Assembly (NCBI GenBank): GCA_016933025.1
Contig: JAFGBT010000004.1
Span: 1,598-65,597, forward strand
DNA from: Spirochaetota bacterium
Lineage (GTDB): Bacteria; Spirochaetota; UBA4802; UBA5550
Reading direction: 5' to 3'
DNA length: 64,000 bases
The notes beneath the pieces are model-generated. The model saw only the letters and a list, made by a program, of their open reading frames with translations, was not told where the DNA came from and searched no databases. Shown here one piece after another: positions 1 to 8,724 of this stretch (position 1 is the stretch's first letter; every line of letters starts with the position of its first letter). The position numbers were made by a program, and so were the translations under genes.

Positions 1-10
1 TATTCCTCAT
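1..10 (-). CDS. 5' end of a CDS running off the left edge (product unknown)
   Basis: Minus-strand ATG at 8-10 (ATG AGG AAT A...), preceded by AGGAGG (18-23) at 7-nt spacing. Confidence 0.5.
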
Positions 11-207
11 GTGCCGTCCTCCTTTTTACTAAATCAGATTTTACTTTTCAATAGCTGTCAATAATAAAATTACGCGGGATTATTCCATGCTTTCATCGAT
101 CAAGGGCCCTGCATGCATGGCACAACACCCCATGCCGCTTTACGATTCAACACAAATTATCGCAGCGGCCTCACGGCCGCGCATATGAGCTCCGCAATTA
201 CGCGGCA

Positions 208-1404
208 TTAATACCAGAGCGCGCGATTGTTATCCGCATCAACGATATATAACTGCCCGCCCGGACCCGGTGCTATGCCTTTGGGAGAACTCAAGCTGTC
301 CGCGCTGACACTACCGCCCTTATTTTCATCATCGGTGTCGAATACCTTTCCCTGGCCGTACACGCGCGTCGCCGTCGTGCTTGTGCCGGGGTAGTAGAGT
401 ACGCGATTGTTGCCGTAGTCAGAGATATACACGCCACCAGCGTCAAAAGCTATATCTTGAGGATGATCCAGGCTCCTGGCGCTGACACCGCCCTTATTGG
501 CCGTATTGGTGTCAAATGCGCCGCCCTGGCCGTACACGCGCGTTGCCGTCGTGCTCGTCCCGGGATAGTACAGCACGCGATTGTTAGCATAGTCGGCGAT
601 ATATATTCCATCATCGCCAACCGCCATACGATAAGGGCTGGACAGGCTGTCGGCGCTGATACTACCGCCCTTATTCGCGTCACCGGTGTCAAATGCGCCG
701 CCCTGGCCGTACACGCGGTCCGCGGTCGTGTCAATCGGCTCTGCCAGGGAATAATAGAGCACGCGGCTGTTGGCACAGTCAACTATATACACCCCGCCAG
801 CGTCAACTGCCACGCCAGTTGGCAAATTTAAGCCATCAGCGCTTATGCCGCCATTATTCACAATACTAGTAGTAAATGAGTCGCCCTGGCCATACACGCG
901 CGTCGCCGTGGTGCTTGTACCGGGATAATACAACACGCGATAGTTCTCATGATCAGCGATATACACTCCGTCATCGGCAACCGCCACGCCGACTGGAGCT
1001 TGCAGGCTATCAGCGCTTGTGCCGCCCTTATCGGCCGTACCGGTGTTAAATGCGCCGGCCTGGCCGTACACGCGGTCCGCGGTCGTGTCGAACGGCTCTG
1101 CCAGGGAATAATAGAGCACGCGATTGTTCCCATATTCAGATATATACACCCCGCCGGCGTCAACAGCTATGCCATTGGGGCGGTCCATGCTGTCGGCGCT
1201 GATACCGCCCTTATTCGCGTCACCGGTGTCAAATGCGCCGAGCTGACCATACACGCCGACGGCGGTGGCATTGTAGCCACGGCCAAAAAGCGCGAGGAAG
1301 GCGAGCCCCTCATTGCCTCCGTCGGTACCCGCACAGCCGCACAGGACCGACCCCATGATAACAAAAAGAACCGACAAACAAACGCCCCATTTTCGCACCA
1401 TCAC
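208..1404 (-). CDS. NHL-repeat (6-bladed beta-propeller) lipoprotein
   Basis: Six tandem repeats RVYGQ.G.F.T...NKGG.SADSL..P.G.AV...GVYI.DY.N.RVLYY; N-terminal signal peptide with lipobox-like VLCGC. Confidence 0.85.
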   Translation of the reverse strand: MMVRKWGVCLSVLFVIMGSVLCGCAGTDGGNEGLAFLALFGRGYNATAVGVYGQLGAFDTGDANKGGISADSMDRPNGIAVDAGGVYISEYGNNRVLYYSLAEPFDTTADRVYGQAGAFNTGTADKGGTSADSLQAPVGVAVADDGVYIADHENYRVLYYPGTSTTATRVYGQGDSFTTSIVNNGGISADGLNLPTGVAVDAGGVYIVDCANSRVLYYSLAEPIDTTADRVYGQGGAFDTGDANKGGSISADSLSSPYRMAVGDDGIYIADYANNRVLYYPGTSTTATRVYGQGGAFDTNTANKGGVSARSLDHPQDIAFDAGGVYISDYGNNRVLYYPGTSTTATRVYGQGKVFDTDDENKGGSVSADSLSSPKGIAPGPGGQLYIVDADNNRALWY

Positions 1405-1930
1405 CGCATCCTCCTCTTTTCACTATTGCACAGGATAGAACACATACCATCTGTTATGATGTGATTTCCACATGAAAACGACCCGCCGCCGCCCCACAGG
1501 GCCGGGCTGATATTATGCGCCAACCGACTCGATTACATGATATGGTGTTCTGAAACGGAAAAACAGCAGGCCGACGGCAAACAAGTATGTGTTCTAATTA
1601 AAGGCTATCATAAAAGGATGGATCTGTCAAATGGTTTTATACAAAACATCGTCAGTTATTCTGACAATGGAGTATATAACACGCAAAATGACGGGCTGCG
1701 AACGTCCGAGTACAATATCCTGTTTTCCGGGATATATTCCATGCACCGCACCGCGAGATTAGTGCTGCCCGCGGAGAAAGACGTAATAAATTATACCCCC
1801 CTCTCCGGAACTTTTTGCTTGCCAGAGAGCTCCCGATGGGCTATACCAGCTTCACATAAGGCCCATTCCATCTCTGGACAGAGACCCGTGGGCGAGGCAA
1901 TTCCTTAGATAATTACCTATCAGGTGACAA

Positions 1931-2935
1931 ATGATGAAAAAATTAATCAATCTCCCCATCCTGCTCATGCTCGCGGCCGCCTTGCCAGCAATTGAAGTTC
2001 ATGCGGATACAACCATAAGCCTCGGCGGCAACCTGAACTACTCGGTATGGCAGCCGCCCTGGTCCAGCGGCAAAACGAACCTGCCCCCCTACCATTTCAT
2101 GTCATTTTTTGTCAATCCCGATCCCGGTTACTCGTATCTGTGGAGCAGATCGCTCCCGTACCGCATCAACAAGTACGGGACAATCCACGGTCCCATGGCC
2201 GGCCCGTCGCTCTCCGTCTCGTTCGCCGAGCGGTGGAGCCTTTCATCGGTCTTCCTGGCCGGCAAATACCTCGCGGAATCCACGGGGCCCGCCGCGGCGG
2301 GCATAACGGAAAAACTCTACGCATATATGCCGCCCCCGGGAGATACAGTAATGTTCTTCAAGTCCCGGTACCACCGCAACATCACGCGCTACGACAGCGA
2401 CACAACCATCGGTTGTTCGATTCACCGATATGTAAAATTCTTCATCGGCTTCAAGTATCAGGGGTACACCTATGCCGAATCCATGGAATATTTCACCACC
2501 CAGCCGGGGTATTACAACGCCCTTGGCATGGCACGCTTCCACAGCTATGGCGGCGGCACCGGATTCGGGTTTTCCATTCCGCTTCATCGCGTCCTTTTTT
2601 TACAGGTCAATCTCTCGGGCCTCGCGATGTACGGGACTGCGGCCTACCAGTACAGCCGCCAATATTCAGTCGGCTCGAACATGTATCTGGCACTATTCAC
2701 CCAGTTTACCAGGGACCGGTACTGGTCTGCCGGCGGCAACGCCACTCTGACCCTGGCGTACCAGATCGAGGCGGCGAACCTGACGCTTGCCATCGGCGGG
2801 CGGTACCAGGCGCTCTACTATTTCTGGCAGAAGAACAATCCGCAGGGATTCATAGATTATGACGGATCCTTTGATCATTTTTACGGCGGGATGTTCTCGA
2901 TCATTTACTCGTTTGCCGCGGGAAAGCAAGGGTAG
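1931..2935 (+). CDS. Putative outer-membrane beta-barrel protein
   Basis: Signal peptide ending VHA; aromatic-rich alternating beta strands; YSF near the C-terminus. Confidence 0.6.
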   Translation: MMKKLINLPILLMLAAALPAIEVHADTTISLGGNLNYSVWQPPWSSGKTNLPPYHFMSFFVNPDPGYSYLWSRSLPYRINKYGTIHGPMAGPSLSVSFAERWSLSSVFLAGKYLAESTGPAAAGITEKLYAYMPPPGDTVMFFKSRYHRNITRYDSDTTIGCSIHRYVKFFIGFKYQGYTYAESMEYFTTQPGYYNALGMARFHSYGGGTGFGFSIPLHRVLFLQVNLSGLAMYGTAAYQYSRQYSVGSNMYLALFTQFTRDRYWSAGGNATLTLAYQIEAANLTLAIGGRYQALYYFWQKNNPQGFIDYDGSFDHFYGGMFSIIYSFAAGKQG

Positions 2936-2962
2936 GGTTACTCCGTGCTCGGCCGGCTGCCG

Positions 2963-3436
2963 CTAAAATTTCGCCGTAAACTCACCGACCGCCTTTTCGT
3001 CGAACCGCGAGCAGCTCTCGGTGATATTCACCGCCTGGCCGATGACCGACTTCTCGAGGAGGCTCAGCTTGCCGAAGTCCAGCTCGCCGCCAAAAATCCC
3101 GGCCGCCGTCGCGTGGGCCCGGAGCGCGCCGTCGAACACGGCGTCGTAGTGCGCCCGGGCGGCCCCGCCTTCATTCATGCAGCAGATGAAAAGCCCCACC
3201 CGCTTCTCAAGAAGCATGGCGAGGTTCCGGGAGCAGAAATTTCTGATCCCTCTCTGGAGCGAGCCAAGGTAGATTGAGCCGCCGACGATTACCGTATCGT
3301 AACGGGAAAGGTCTACGTCCATTTTCCTTTTCAGGTCGACGATATCGACTTCGCGGTCCGAGAGGCTCTCGCCTATGAGCAGGGCCGCCTTTTCGGCGCA
3401 TCCGTGCTTGGACATGTAAACGACAAGGGTGCTCAC
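2963..3436 (-). CDS. Flavodoxin-domain protein (Flavodoxin_5/HemG-like fold)
   Basis: FMN-binding loop VYMSKHGCAEKAA; VIVGGSIYLG. Confidence 0.8.
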   Translation of the reverse strand: MSTLVVYMSKHGCAEKAALLIGESLSDREVDIVDLKRKMDVDLSRYDTVIVGGSIYLGSLQRGIRNFCSRNLAMLLEKRVGLFICCMNEGGAARAHYDAVFDGALRAHATAAGIFGGELDFGKLSLLEKSVIGQAVNITESCSRFDEKAVGEFTAKF

Positions 3437-3446
3437 GTTCGCCCCG

Positions 3447-4214
3447 TCACAGGTTCCCGGCCAGGACCGCGGCGCCGATCGCTCCCATTACCTGCGCGGA
3501 CTGCGACACCTCGATGTCCATCCCGAGCTTTTTCTCCATCGCCTTCACCACGCCGATGTTCTTGGCGACGCCCCCCGTCATCATGAGGGGCGGCCGCACG
3601 CCGACGCGGTTCGCCATGGCCGAAACGCGCGTGGCGATCGACTCGTGGATGCCGGCGATGATGTTTTCCCTCGACTCGCCCTTCGATATGAGGGATATCA
3701 CCTCGGATTCGGCGAAGACCGTGCAGAGGCTCGATATCTTCCCTGGATTGTCAGCCTGCAGCGATATCTCGCCGAACTCCTCGAGGTCGACCTGGAGCGC
3801 GCGCGCCATGACCTCCAGAAAGCGTCCGGTGCCCGCGGCGCACTTGTCGTTCATGACAAAGTCTTTCACCTTCCCGTTGTCGTCGAGGACGATCGACTTG
3901 GAGTCCTGCCCGCCGATGTCAATAATGGAGCGGATATGAGGGGCGGAGAAATGCGCGCCCGCCGCGTGGCAGGTGATCTCGGTGATCGCCTTGTGCGCCG
4001 CGTCGACGCCGTTTCGGCCGTAGCCCGTGGACACGATTTTATCGATGGCGGACATCTCCAGGCCGATTTCCGCAAGGAGCTCGCCGGTAACATGGCGCCA
4101 GGCCTTCTCCACGTTGTAGCCCGTAAAACCCAGGTGCGAGCCGAGGAGCTTGCCGTCCTTGATGACCGCCGCCTTGGTGGTGATTGACCCGATATCTATG
4201 CCAAGTGTGTACAT
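3447..4214 (-). CDS. 2-hydroxyacyl-CoA dehydratase activase (HgdC/BcrAD/BadFG ATPase family)
   Basis: GIDIGSITTK, TGYGR, DIGGQDSK, NDKCAAGTG, LCTVFAESE (two Fe-S cysteines), GGVAKN; start placed at MYTLGID. Confidence 0.92.
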   Translation of the reverse strand: MYTLGIDIGSITTKAAVIKDGKLLGSHLGFTGYNVEKAWRHVTGELLAEIGLEMSAIDKIVSTGYGRNGVDAAHKAITEITCHAAGAHFSAPHIRSIIDIGGQDSKSIVLDDNGKVKDFVMNDKCAAGTGRFLEVMARALQVDLEEFGEISLQADNPGKISSLCTVFAESEVISLISKGESRENIIAGIHESIATRVSAMANRVGVRPPLMMTGGVAKNIGVVKAMEKKLGMDIEVSQSAQVMGAIGAAVLAGNL

Positions 4215-4415
4215 TGCAATATCCCCGTGATATTCTGGTCTGCACGCATCAGCATGCATGCCTTATAACGAGACTGGCCGTTCCTGACGATATTGCAATA
4301 CATTTTTTCAGGGCAATCTGATCAATTATTACGATTTGCAAATGCCTATGGCGGGGGAAGGTTATGCCGGTAGCGTCAGATTTCAGGGGAAAGAGCGGCC
4401 GGGGCAGGATAGTCC

Positions 4416-4561
4416 ACCGATAACAATCGGTCGCACTGCAGGGTCAGAGTAACCGGTCGACCGATAGTTATCGCCTGCGGCCGATAGTAATCGGTTCCCG
4501 AGGCGATTGTTATCGCCTGTTTGAGGGGCCGGAGCAAGCAGAGTACCGATAGTTATCGGTA
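4416..4561. repeat. Cluster of five 12-bp imperfect palindromes CGAT(A/T)..(T/A)ATCG (REP-like)
   Basis: Cores at 4418 (CGATAACAATCG), 4462 (CGATAGTTATCG), 4482 (CGATAGTAATCG), 4504 (CGATTGTTATCG), 4547 (CGATAGTTATCG); the same motif recurs near 21155, 21290, 28780, 28821, 43465, 46280 and 47081. Confidence 0.8.
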
Positions 4562-4636
4562 TATATACATCTCAAGAGGCCCTGGGCACATTTACTGAAG
4601 AATAACCGAATGTAGCGTTTTACCGCCTGAAAAAGA

Positions 4637-4683
4637 TTGACATTTTGATATATTTGATATATATTATATCAAATATATCAAAA
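4637..4683 (+). promoter_or_regulatory. Sigma70 promoter of the TA operon overlapped by a 41-bp palindromic operator
   Basis: TTGACA (4637-4642), 17 nt, TATATT (4660-4665); perfect 19-bp inverted arms TTTTGATATATTTGATATA (4643-4661) and TATATCAAATATATCAAAA (4665-4683). Confidence 0.85.
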
Positions 4684-4693
4684 GAGGCAGATT

Positions 4694-4939
4694 ATGCCGT
4701 CACAGATGCTTATACGGATATCTCCGGAGATAAAGAACAGATTCATCAAGCTGTCCCGGATGGAGGGGAAAAACGCCAGCCAGAAGCTGCGCGAAATGAT
4801 CGAGGAATACGTTCGGGAGCACGATATAGCCTCATTTGCTGACGACCTCTGGTCGCGCATCAGCAAGAAAACCGCCTCACGCGGAAAGACAAGGAAAGAC
4901 ATTGCAGCCGCTATCCGGGAATCACGACGTGACAAATGA
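4694..4939 (+). CDS. Ribbon-helix-helix (CopG-like) antitoxin
   Basis: 81 aa; N-terminal MLIRISPEIK..F..LSR.EGKNASQKLREMIEEY RHH pattern; stop overlaps the PIN gene start (ATGA); AGAGG RBS. Confidence 0.8.
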   Translation: MPSQMLIRISPEIKNRFIKLSRMEGKNASQKLREMIEEYVREHDIASFADDLWSRISKKTASRGKTRKDIAAAIRESRRDK

Positions 4940-5352
4940 AGGCGGTAATCGACACTAACGTATTTGTTTCCTCGTTTTTCGGCGGAAATCCAAAAAAAAT
5001 CACAGACCTCTGGTTACAAGGAAAAATCACGCTCTGCCTTTCCAGGCCTGTAATGGATGAATATATCGATGTTCTGCAACGAATGGGTCTCGGCCACGAC
5101 AGAGAGCTGGAGGAACTGATAGCCCTCTTTGGGTCGGGCTACAATATCCTTTTTACATCAAAGACGCCTTCACTGCAGGTGGTCGAAAAAGACCCGCATG
5201 ACGACAAGTTCATTGAATGCGCGGTCGCGCTGAAAGCGGGAGTTATTATAACGGGCGACACGGCCCTCCGTTCGGTAAGAAAGTACAATGGAATCTCGAT
5301 TCTGTCGCCAGCGGAGTTTTTAAAGGCATTTCCCTCATTGAGCAGCACATAG
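4936..5352 (+). CDS. PIN-domain toxin (VapC-like, putative TA toxin PIN family)
   Basis: Acidic PIN motifs VIDTNVF, DDKFIECA, IITGD; coupled to the upstream RHH gene. Confidence 0.88.
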   Translation: MKAVIDTNVFVSSFFGGNPKKITDLWLQGKITLCLSRPVMDEYIDVLQRMGLGHDRELEELIALFGSGYNILFTSKTPSLQVVEKDPHDDKFIECAVALKAGVIITGDTALRSVRKYNGISILSPAEFLKAFPSLSST

Positions 5353-5430
5353 AATCCAAAATTTTCTTTTTAGCTGAAGTAAATTCTTCTTCTGTGACGG
5401 CTCCGGTCTCATTTTAATCTATACGTTTTT

Positions 5431-5859
5431 TTACGACTTGTAGATCTCCGTGCTGTAGGTCTTGACCCAGTGCTTCTTAAGCACCTCTTTGGCCTCCTTG
5501 ATTTTGTCGACCTCGAGGATAAGGATCGCTTCGTCGTTCTTGAGGTATATGAACGGGTACATGCAGTCGATGTTCACCTTCGCCTCGATGAGCGGGCGCA
5601 GGATGGCGTTCAGCCCCCCCGGGTGGTCCGGGGCCGCGACGGCAATCACCTCTTTCGTTGTCACCGTGAATTTGTTCATTTCCAGCACCTGGACGGCGCG
5701 CTCGGGCTCGTCCACAATCATGTGCACCTGCGCAGGGCTGAGCTGGGTGGCGGCCATGATGGCCTTGATGTTTATCTGTTCTTTTTCGAGTATCGAGGTC
5801 GCCCTGTGCAGGCTGCCGGGCGTGTTGTCAACCGAAATCGAAACCTGGGTGATTGGCAT
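5431..5859 (-). CDS. Tandem ACT-domain protein
   Basis: QVSISVDNTPGSL...IL...QINI and AVAAPDHPGGL..IL..L....VNI: two ACT units, of the type commonly found beside 2-oxoacid oxidoreductase genes. Confidence 0.85.
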   Translation of the reverse strand: MPITQVSISVDNTPGSLHRATSILEKEQINIKAIMAATQLSPAQVHMIVDEPERAVQVLEMNKFTVTTKEVIAVAAPDHPGGLNAILRPLIEAKVNIDCMYPFIYLKNDEAILILEVDKIKEAKEVLKKHWVKTYSTEIYKS

Positions 5860-5883
5860 GGCTTTTTCATCCTTCTATTATTA

Positions 5884-5927
5884 CCCGCCCCCGCTCCATT
5901 CAGGAGCCGGGGTCGGGGGTGAGGTCA
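5884..5927 (-). repeat. GC-rich hairpin repeat starting at a TGA stop (TGA CCTCACCCCC...)
   Basis: Shares GGGGGTGAGGTCA (5915-5927) exactly with 10661-10673. Confidence 0.55.
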
Positions 5928-6464
5928 TTTAAACGGAAACCCGTCGTAACCCGCCCGGAAAGCCTTCACGCTCGATTCGGCGAGCTTCTTCTTGGATCCC
6001 ATCATCATTTCAATGCTCTGATTGATCGTCTCCACCTTGATAAGGCCGGTCATTTTGACCAGCGCGCCGAGCATCACCATGTTGGCCGACCGCTCGCTCC
6101 CGAGCTCGCGCCCAATCCTGTTGACCGGCGCCGAGAACATCTCCACGTCGCCGCGCTCGGGCACGTAGTCAACCAGGTCCGAGTTATACAGGAGCTGCCC
6201 CCCCGCCTCGAGCCTGCTGATGAACGCCATGAGCGACGGCTGGTTCATCGCCACCAGTATGTCAGGGGTCGAGGCCACCGGCGAGGCGACTTCCTCGTCG
6301 GAGATGCTCAGCGTGCAGTTGGCCGTGCCGCCCCGCATGGCCGCGCCGTACGCGGGGAGATAGGTCACGAAAAAGTTTTCCAGCATCGCCGCGTTGCCCA
6401 GGGTATTGCCAATGGTCAGGACCCCCTGCCCCCCGGAACCGGCCGCCAATATCTTTACCAGCAT
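5925..6464 (-). CDS. 2-oxoacid:ferredoxin oxidoreductase gamma subunit
   Basis: AGSGGQGVL, YGAAMRGGTANC, NMVMLGAL. Confidence 0.92.
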   Translation of the reverse strand: MLVKILAAGSGGQGVLTIGNTLGNAAMLENFFVTYLPAYGAAMRGGTANCTLSISDEEVASPVASTPDILVAMNQPSLMAFISRLEAGGQLLYNSDLVDYVPERGDVEMFSAPVNRIGRELGSERSANMVMLGALVKMTGLIKVETINQSIEMMMGSKKKLAESSVKAFRAGYDGFPFK

Positions 6465-6465
6465 A

Positions 6466-7218
6466 TTATTCCTTCTTGCTCCTCTTGTCCGTCAGCACGC
6501 CGAGCGGGAACTCCGTGGTCATGGTCTCGGCCACCCACTTGAACGAATCGACCGGCGTCATCTTCCAGTTCGTCGGGCAGGGAGACAGCACCTCGATTAT
6601 CGAGTAGCCGAGCCCGTCAACCTGCGTCTGGAAGGCGGCCGCGATCGCTTTTTTGGTCTTGCGGATGCCGGCGGGCGAATCGACGGCCACGCGCTCGGCA
6701 TACGCAACGCCGGGAAAGCGGGCGACAATGTCCGTTATATGGACCGGGTACCCGTCGTACTTCGGGTCGCGCCCGAGCGGCGTGGTGGTTGTTTTCATGT
6801 CGATGAGCGTGGTCGGCGCGAGCTGGCCGCCGGTCATGCCGTACACGGCGTTGTTGATGAAGATGACGCTGATGTTCTCGCCCCGGTTGGCAGAGTGGAT
6901 GGTCTCCGCGGTCCCGATGGCCGAGAGGTCGCCGTCTCCCTGGTAGGTGAAGACAAAGAGGTCCGGCCGCGACCGCTTGACGCCGGTCGCGATCGCCGTG
7001 CCGCGCCCGTGGGCCGACTCGATCACGTCAAAGTCAAAATAGAGGTAGGCGAGCACGGCGCACCCCGCCGGGTTGACGCATATGGCGCGCTTCCCCAGGT
7101 CCATCTCCTCAAGCACTTCGGCCACGAGCCGGTGCACGATGCCGTGGCCGCACCCGGGGCAGTAGTGGGTCACCACTCCCTTCTTGTAATATTTCGGCCA
7201 TGGATTCTTGAGTTTCAT
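6466..7218 (-). CDS. 2-oxoacid:ferredoxin oxidoreductase beta (TPP-binding) subunit
   Basis: YCPGCGHG, HGRG, YQGDGD...INNAVYGMTGGQ TPP motif, LSPCPTNW. Confidence 0.93.
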   Translation of the reverse strand: MKLKNPWPKYYKKGVVTHYCPGCGHGIVHRLVAEVLEEMDLGKRAICVNPAGCAVLAYLYFDFDVIESAHGRGTAIATGVKRSRPDLFVFTYQGDGDLSAIGTAETIHSANRGENISVIFINNAVYGMTGGQLAPTTLIDMKTTTTPLGRDPKYDGYPVHITDIVARFPGVAYAERVAVDSPAGIRKTKKAIAAAFQTQVDGLGYSIIEVLSPCPTNWKMTPVDSFKWVAETMTTEFPLGVLTDKRSKKE

Positions 7219-7220
7219 TC

Positions 7221-8282
7221 CTATTTCTTCACTACCTTCTGATATTCGCGGAAAATGATCCGCGCGAACTCGATCGGCGTCGGCACGACGCCGCCCGGCC
7301 TGCCGTGAAACGTGATATCCGCGTTTCCCTCGATGGCGATCTGCACGTCCTCGAGCATCTGACCGGTGCTCATCTCGAATACGATGAACTGCTTCACCCT
7401 GCCGGCCAGGTCGGCCAGGACCCTCCTGGGGAAGGGCCAGAGGGTGATGGGCCGCAGCAGGCCGGCGCGCACGCCGTCCTTGCGGACCCGTTTGATGGCG
7501 CCCTTGGCGATCCGCGCCGTGGTCCCGTATGCGATCACGACGATCTCCGCGTCGTCGATCATGTATTCTTCATATCGCATCTCGTTCTTTTCGATTTCGT
7601 TGTACTTCCGCACCAGCTTCCAGTTGTGGCGCTCCATCTCAAGGGCGTCGAGGATCAGCGAGCAGAGGTATCGGCTCGGACCGTCGCCCCGCCCTTTAAG
7701 CGCCCACTCCTTTTCCGGGAGCTTCTCGATTTTCTCGGGAAACACGACCGGCTCCTTCATCTGGCCCATCATGCCGTCCGAGAGCATCATGACCGGCGTC
7801 CGGTACCGGTCGGCCACCTCAAAGGCGTTGTAGGTGAGGTCCGCGATCTCCTGCACGGACGCGGGCGCGAATACCGGGGTGCGGTAGTCGCCGTGGCCGC
7901 CGCCCCGCGTGGCCTGAAAGTAGTCGCCCTGCGCGGGCGCGATGTTGCCGAGACCCGGTCCGCCGCGCATCACATTGACGATGACCGCCGGGAGCTCGAA
8001 GCCGGCCAGGAATGATATCCCCTCCTGCTTCAGGCTGATGCCCGGGCTCGACGACGAGGTCATGGCGCGGGCACCGGTCGCGGCCGCGCCGATGACCATG
8101 TTGATGGCCGCGGTCTCGCTCTCGGACTGTATAAAGACGCGGTTCTCCCTGCGCATATGGTCGGCCATATACTCGCCCAGCTCGTTCTGCGGCGTGATCG
8201 GGTAGCCGAAATAGCACTGGCACCCTGCACGGATTGCCGCCTCGCCGAAGGTGTGGTTTCCGCTCATGAATATTTTATTCAT
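7221..8282 (-). CDS. vorB: 2-oxoacid:ferredoxin oxidoreductase alpha subunit, 3-methyl-2-oxobutanoate dehydrogenase (VorB-like)
   Basis: GYPITPQNE, QSESETAAINM, TSSSSPGISLKQE, RGGPGLGNIAPAQGDY. Confidence 0.85.
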   Translation of the reverse strand: MNKIFMSGNHTFGEAAIRAGCQCYFGYPITPQNELGEYMADHMRRENRVFIQSESETAAINMVIGAAATGARAMTSSSSPGISLKQEGISFLAGFELPAVIVNVMRGGPGLGNIAPAQGDYFQATRGGGHGDYRTPVFAPASVQEIADLTYNAFEVADRYRTPVMMLSDGMMGQMKEPVVFPEKIEKLPEKEWALKGRGDGPSRYLCSLILDALEMERHNWKLVRKYNEIEKNEMRYEEYMIDDAEIVVIAYGTTARIAKGAIKRVRKDGVRAGLLRPITLWPFPRRVLADLAGRVKQFIVFEMSTGQMLEDVQIAIEGNADITFHGRPGGVVPTPIEFARIIFREYQKVVKK

Positions 8283-8499
8283 CGTACACCTCGACCACCA
8301 CCTCGGGGCAGACCAGCGCGCAGATGAGGCACCCGGAGCACTGCGCCATATCGTCGGGCTCCGCGTAATGGTATCCGGCCCTGTTCAGGTGCTCCGATTC
8401 TTTCAGGACCTTCCGCGGGCAGTAGGCGATGCAGAGCCCGCACCCCTTGCACATCTCGGTGTCTATTTTTACAATATGTTTCACGGCGGCTTTCGTCAT
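8275..8499 (-). CDS. 2-oxoacid:ferredoxin oxidoreductase delta subunit (2[4Fe-4S] ferredoxin)
   Basis: CKGCGLCIAYCP and CSGCLICALVCP; overlaps the alpha subunit start. Confidence 0.93.
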   Translation of the reverse strand: MTKAAVKHIVKIDTEMCKGCGLCIAYCPRKVLKESEHLNRAGYHYAEPDDMAQCSGCLICALVCPEVVVEVYDE

Positions 8500-8724
8500 T
8501 TCCGGGTCCGTATGGCTTATGATAATCTGTCAAAGAATATAGATGGCCGGTTTTTTTTCAATAAGAAATTTTTTCACAATGCCGCGGCACATCGGGAATT
8601 GGCATTATTTTCTTATGTCCGATAGAAAGGGCCGGAGATACAGCCGCTGAATTCCTCTAAAAAATATTTGCCTGCCTCCCGGTTTTCCTGTAATATAATA
8701 AGGATTGTCTGGAGGTCCCACAAC

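Noticed and set aside
1537-1908. 123-aa ORF in the divergent NHL/beta-barrel intergenic region
   Set aside because: No RBS or recognisable motif; the region looks like promoter DNA
2963-3436. hemG (protoporphyrinogen oxidase) assignment
   Set aside because: Only the fold is supported; there is no haem pathway context
4416-4561. CRISPR array
   Set aside because: The repeats are only 12-18 bp, vary in sequence, have irregular 8-31 bp spacing, and no cas genes are present
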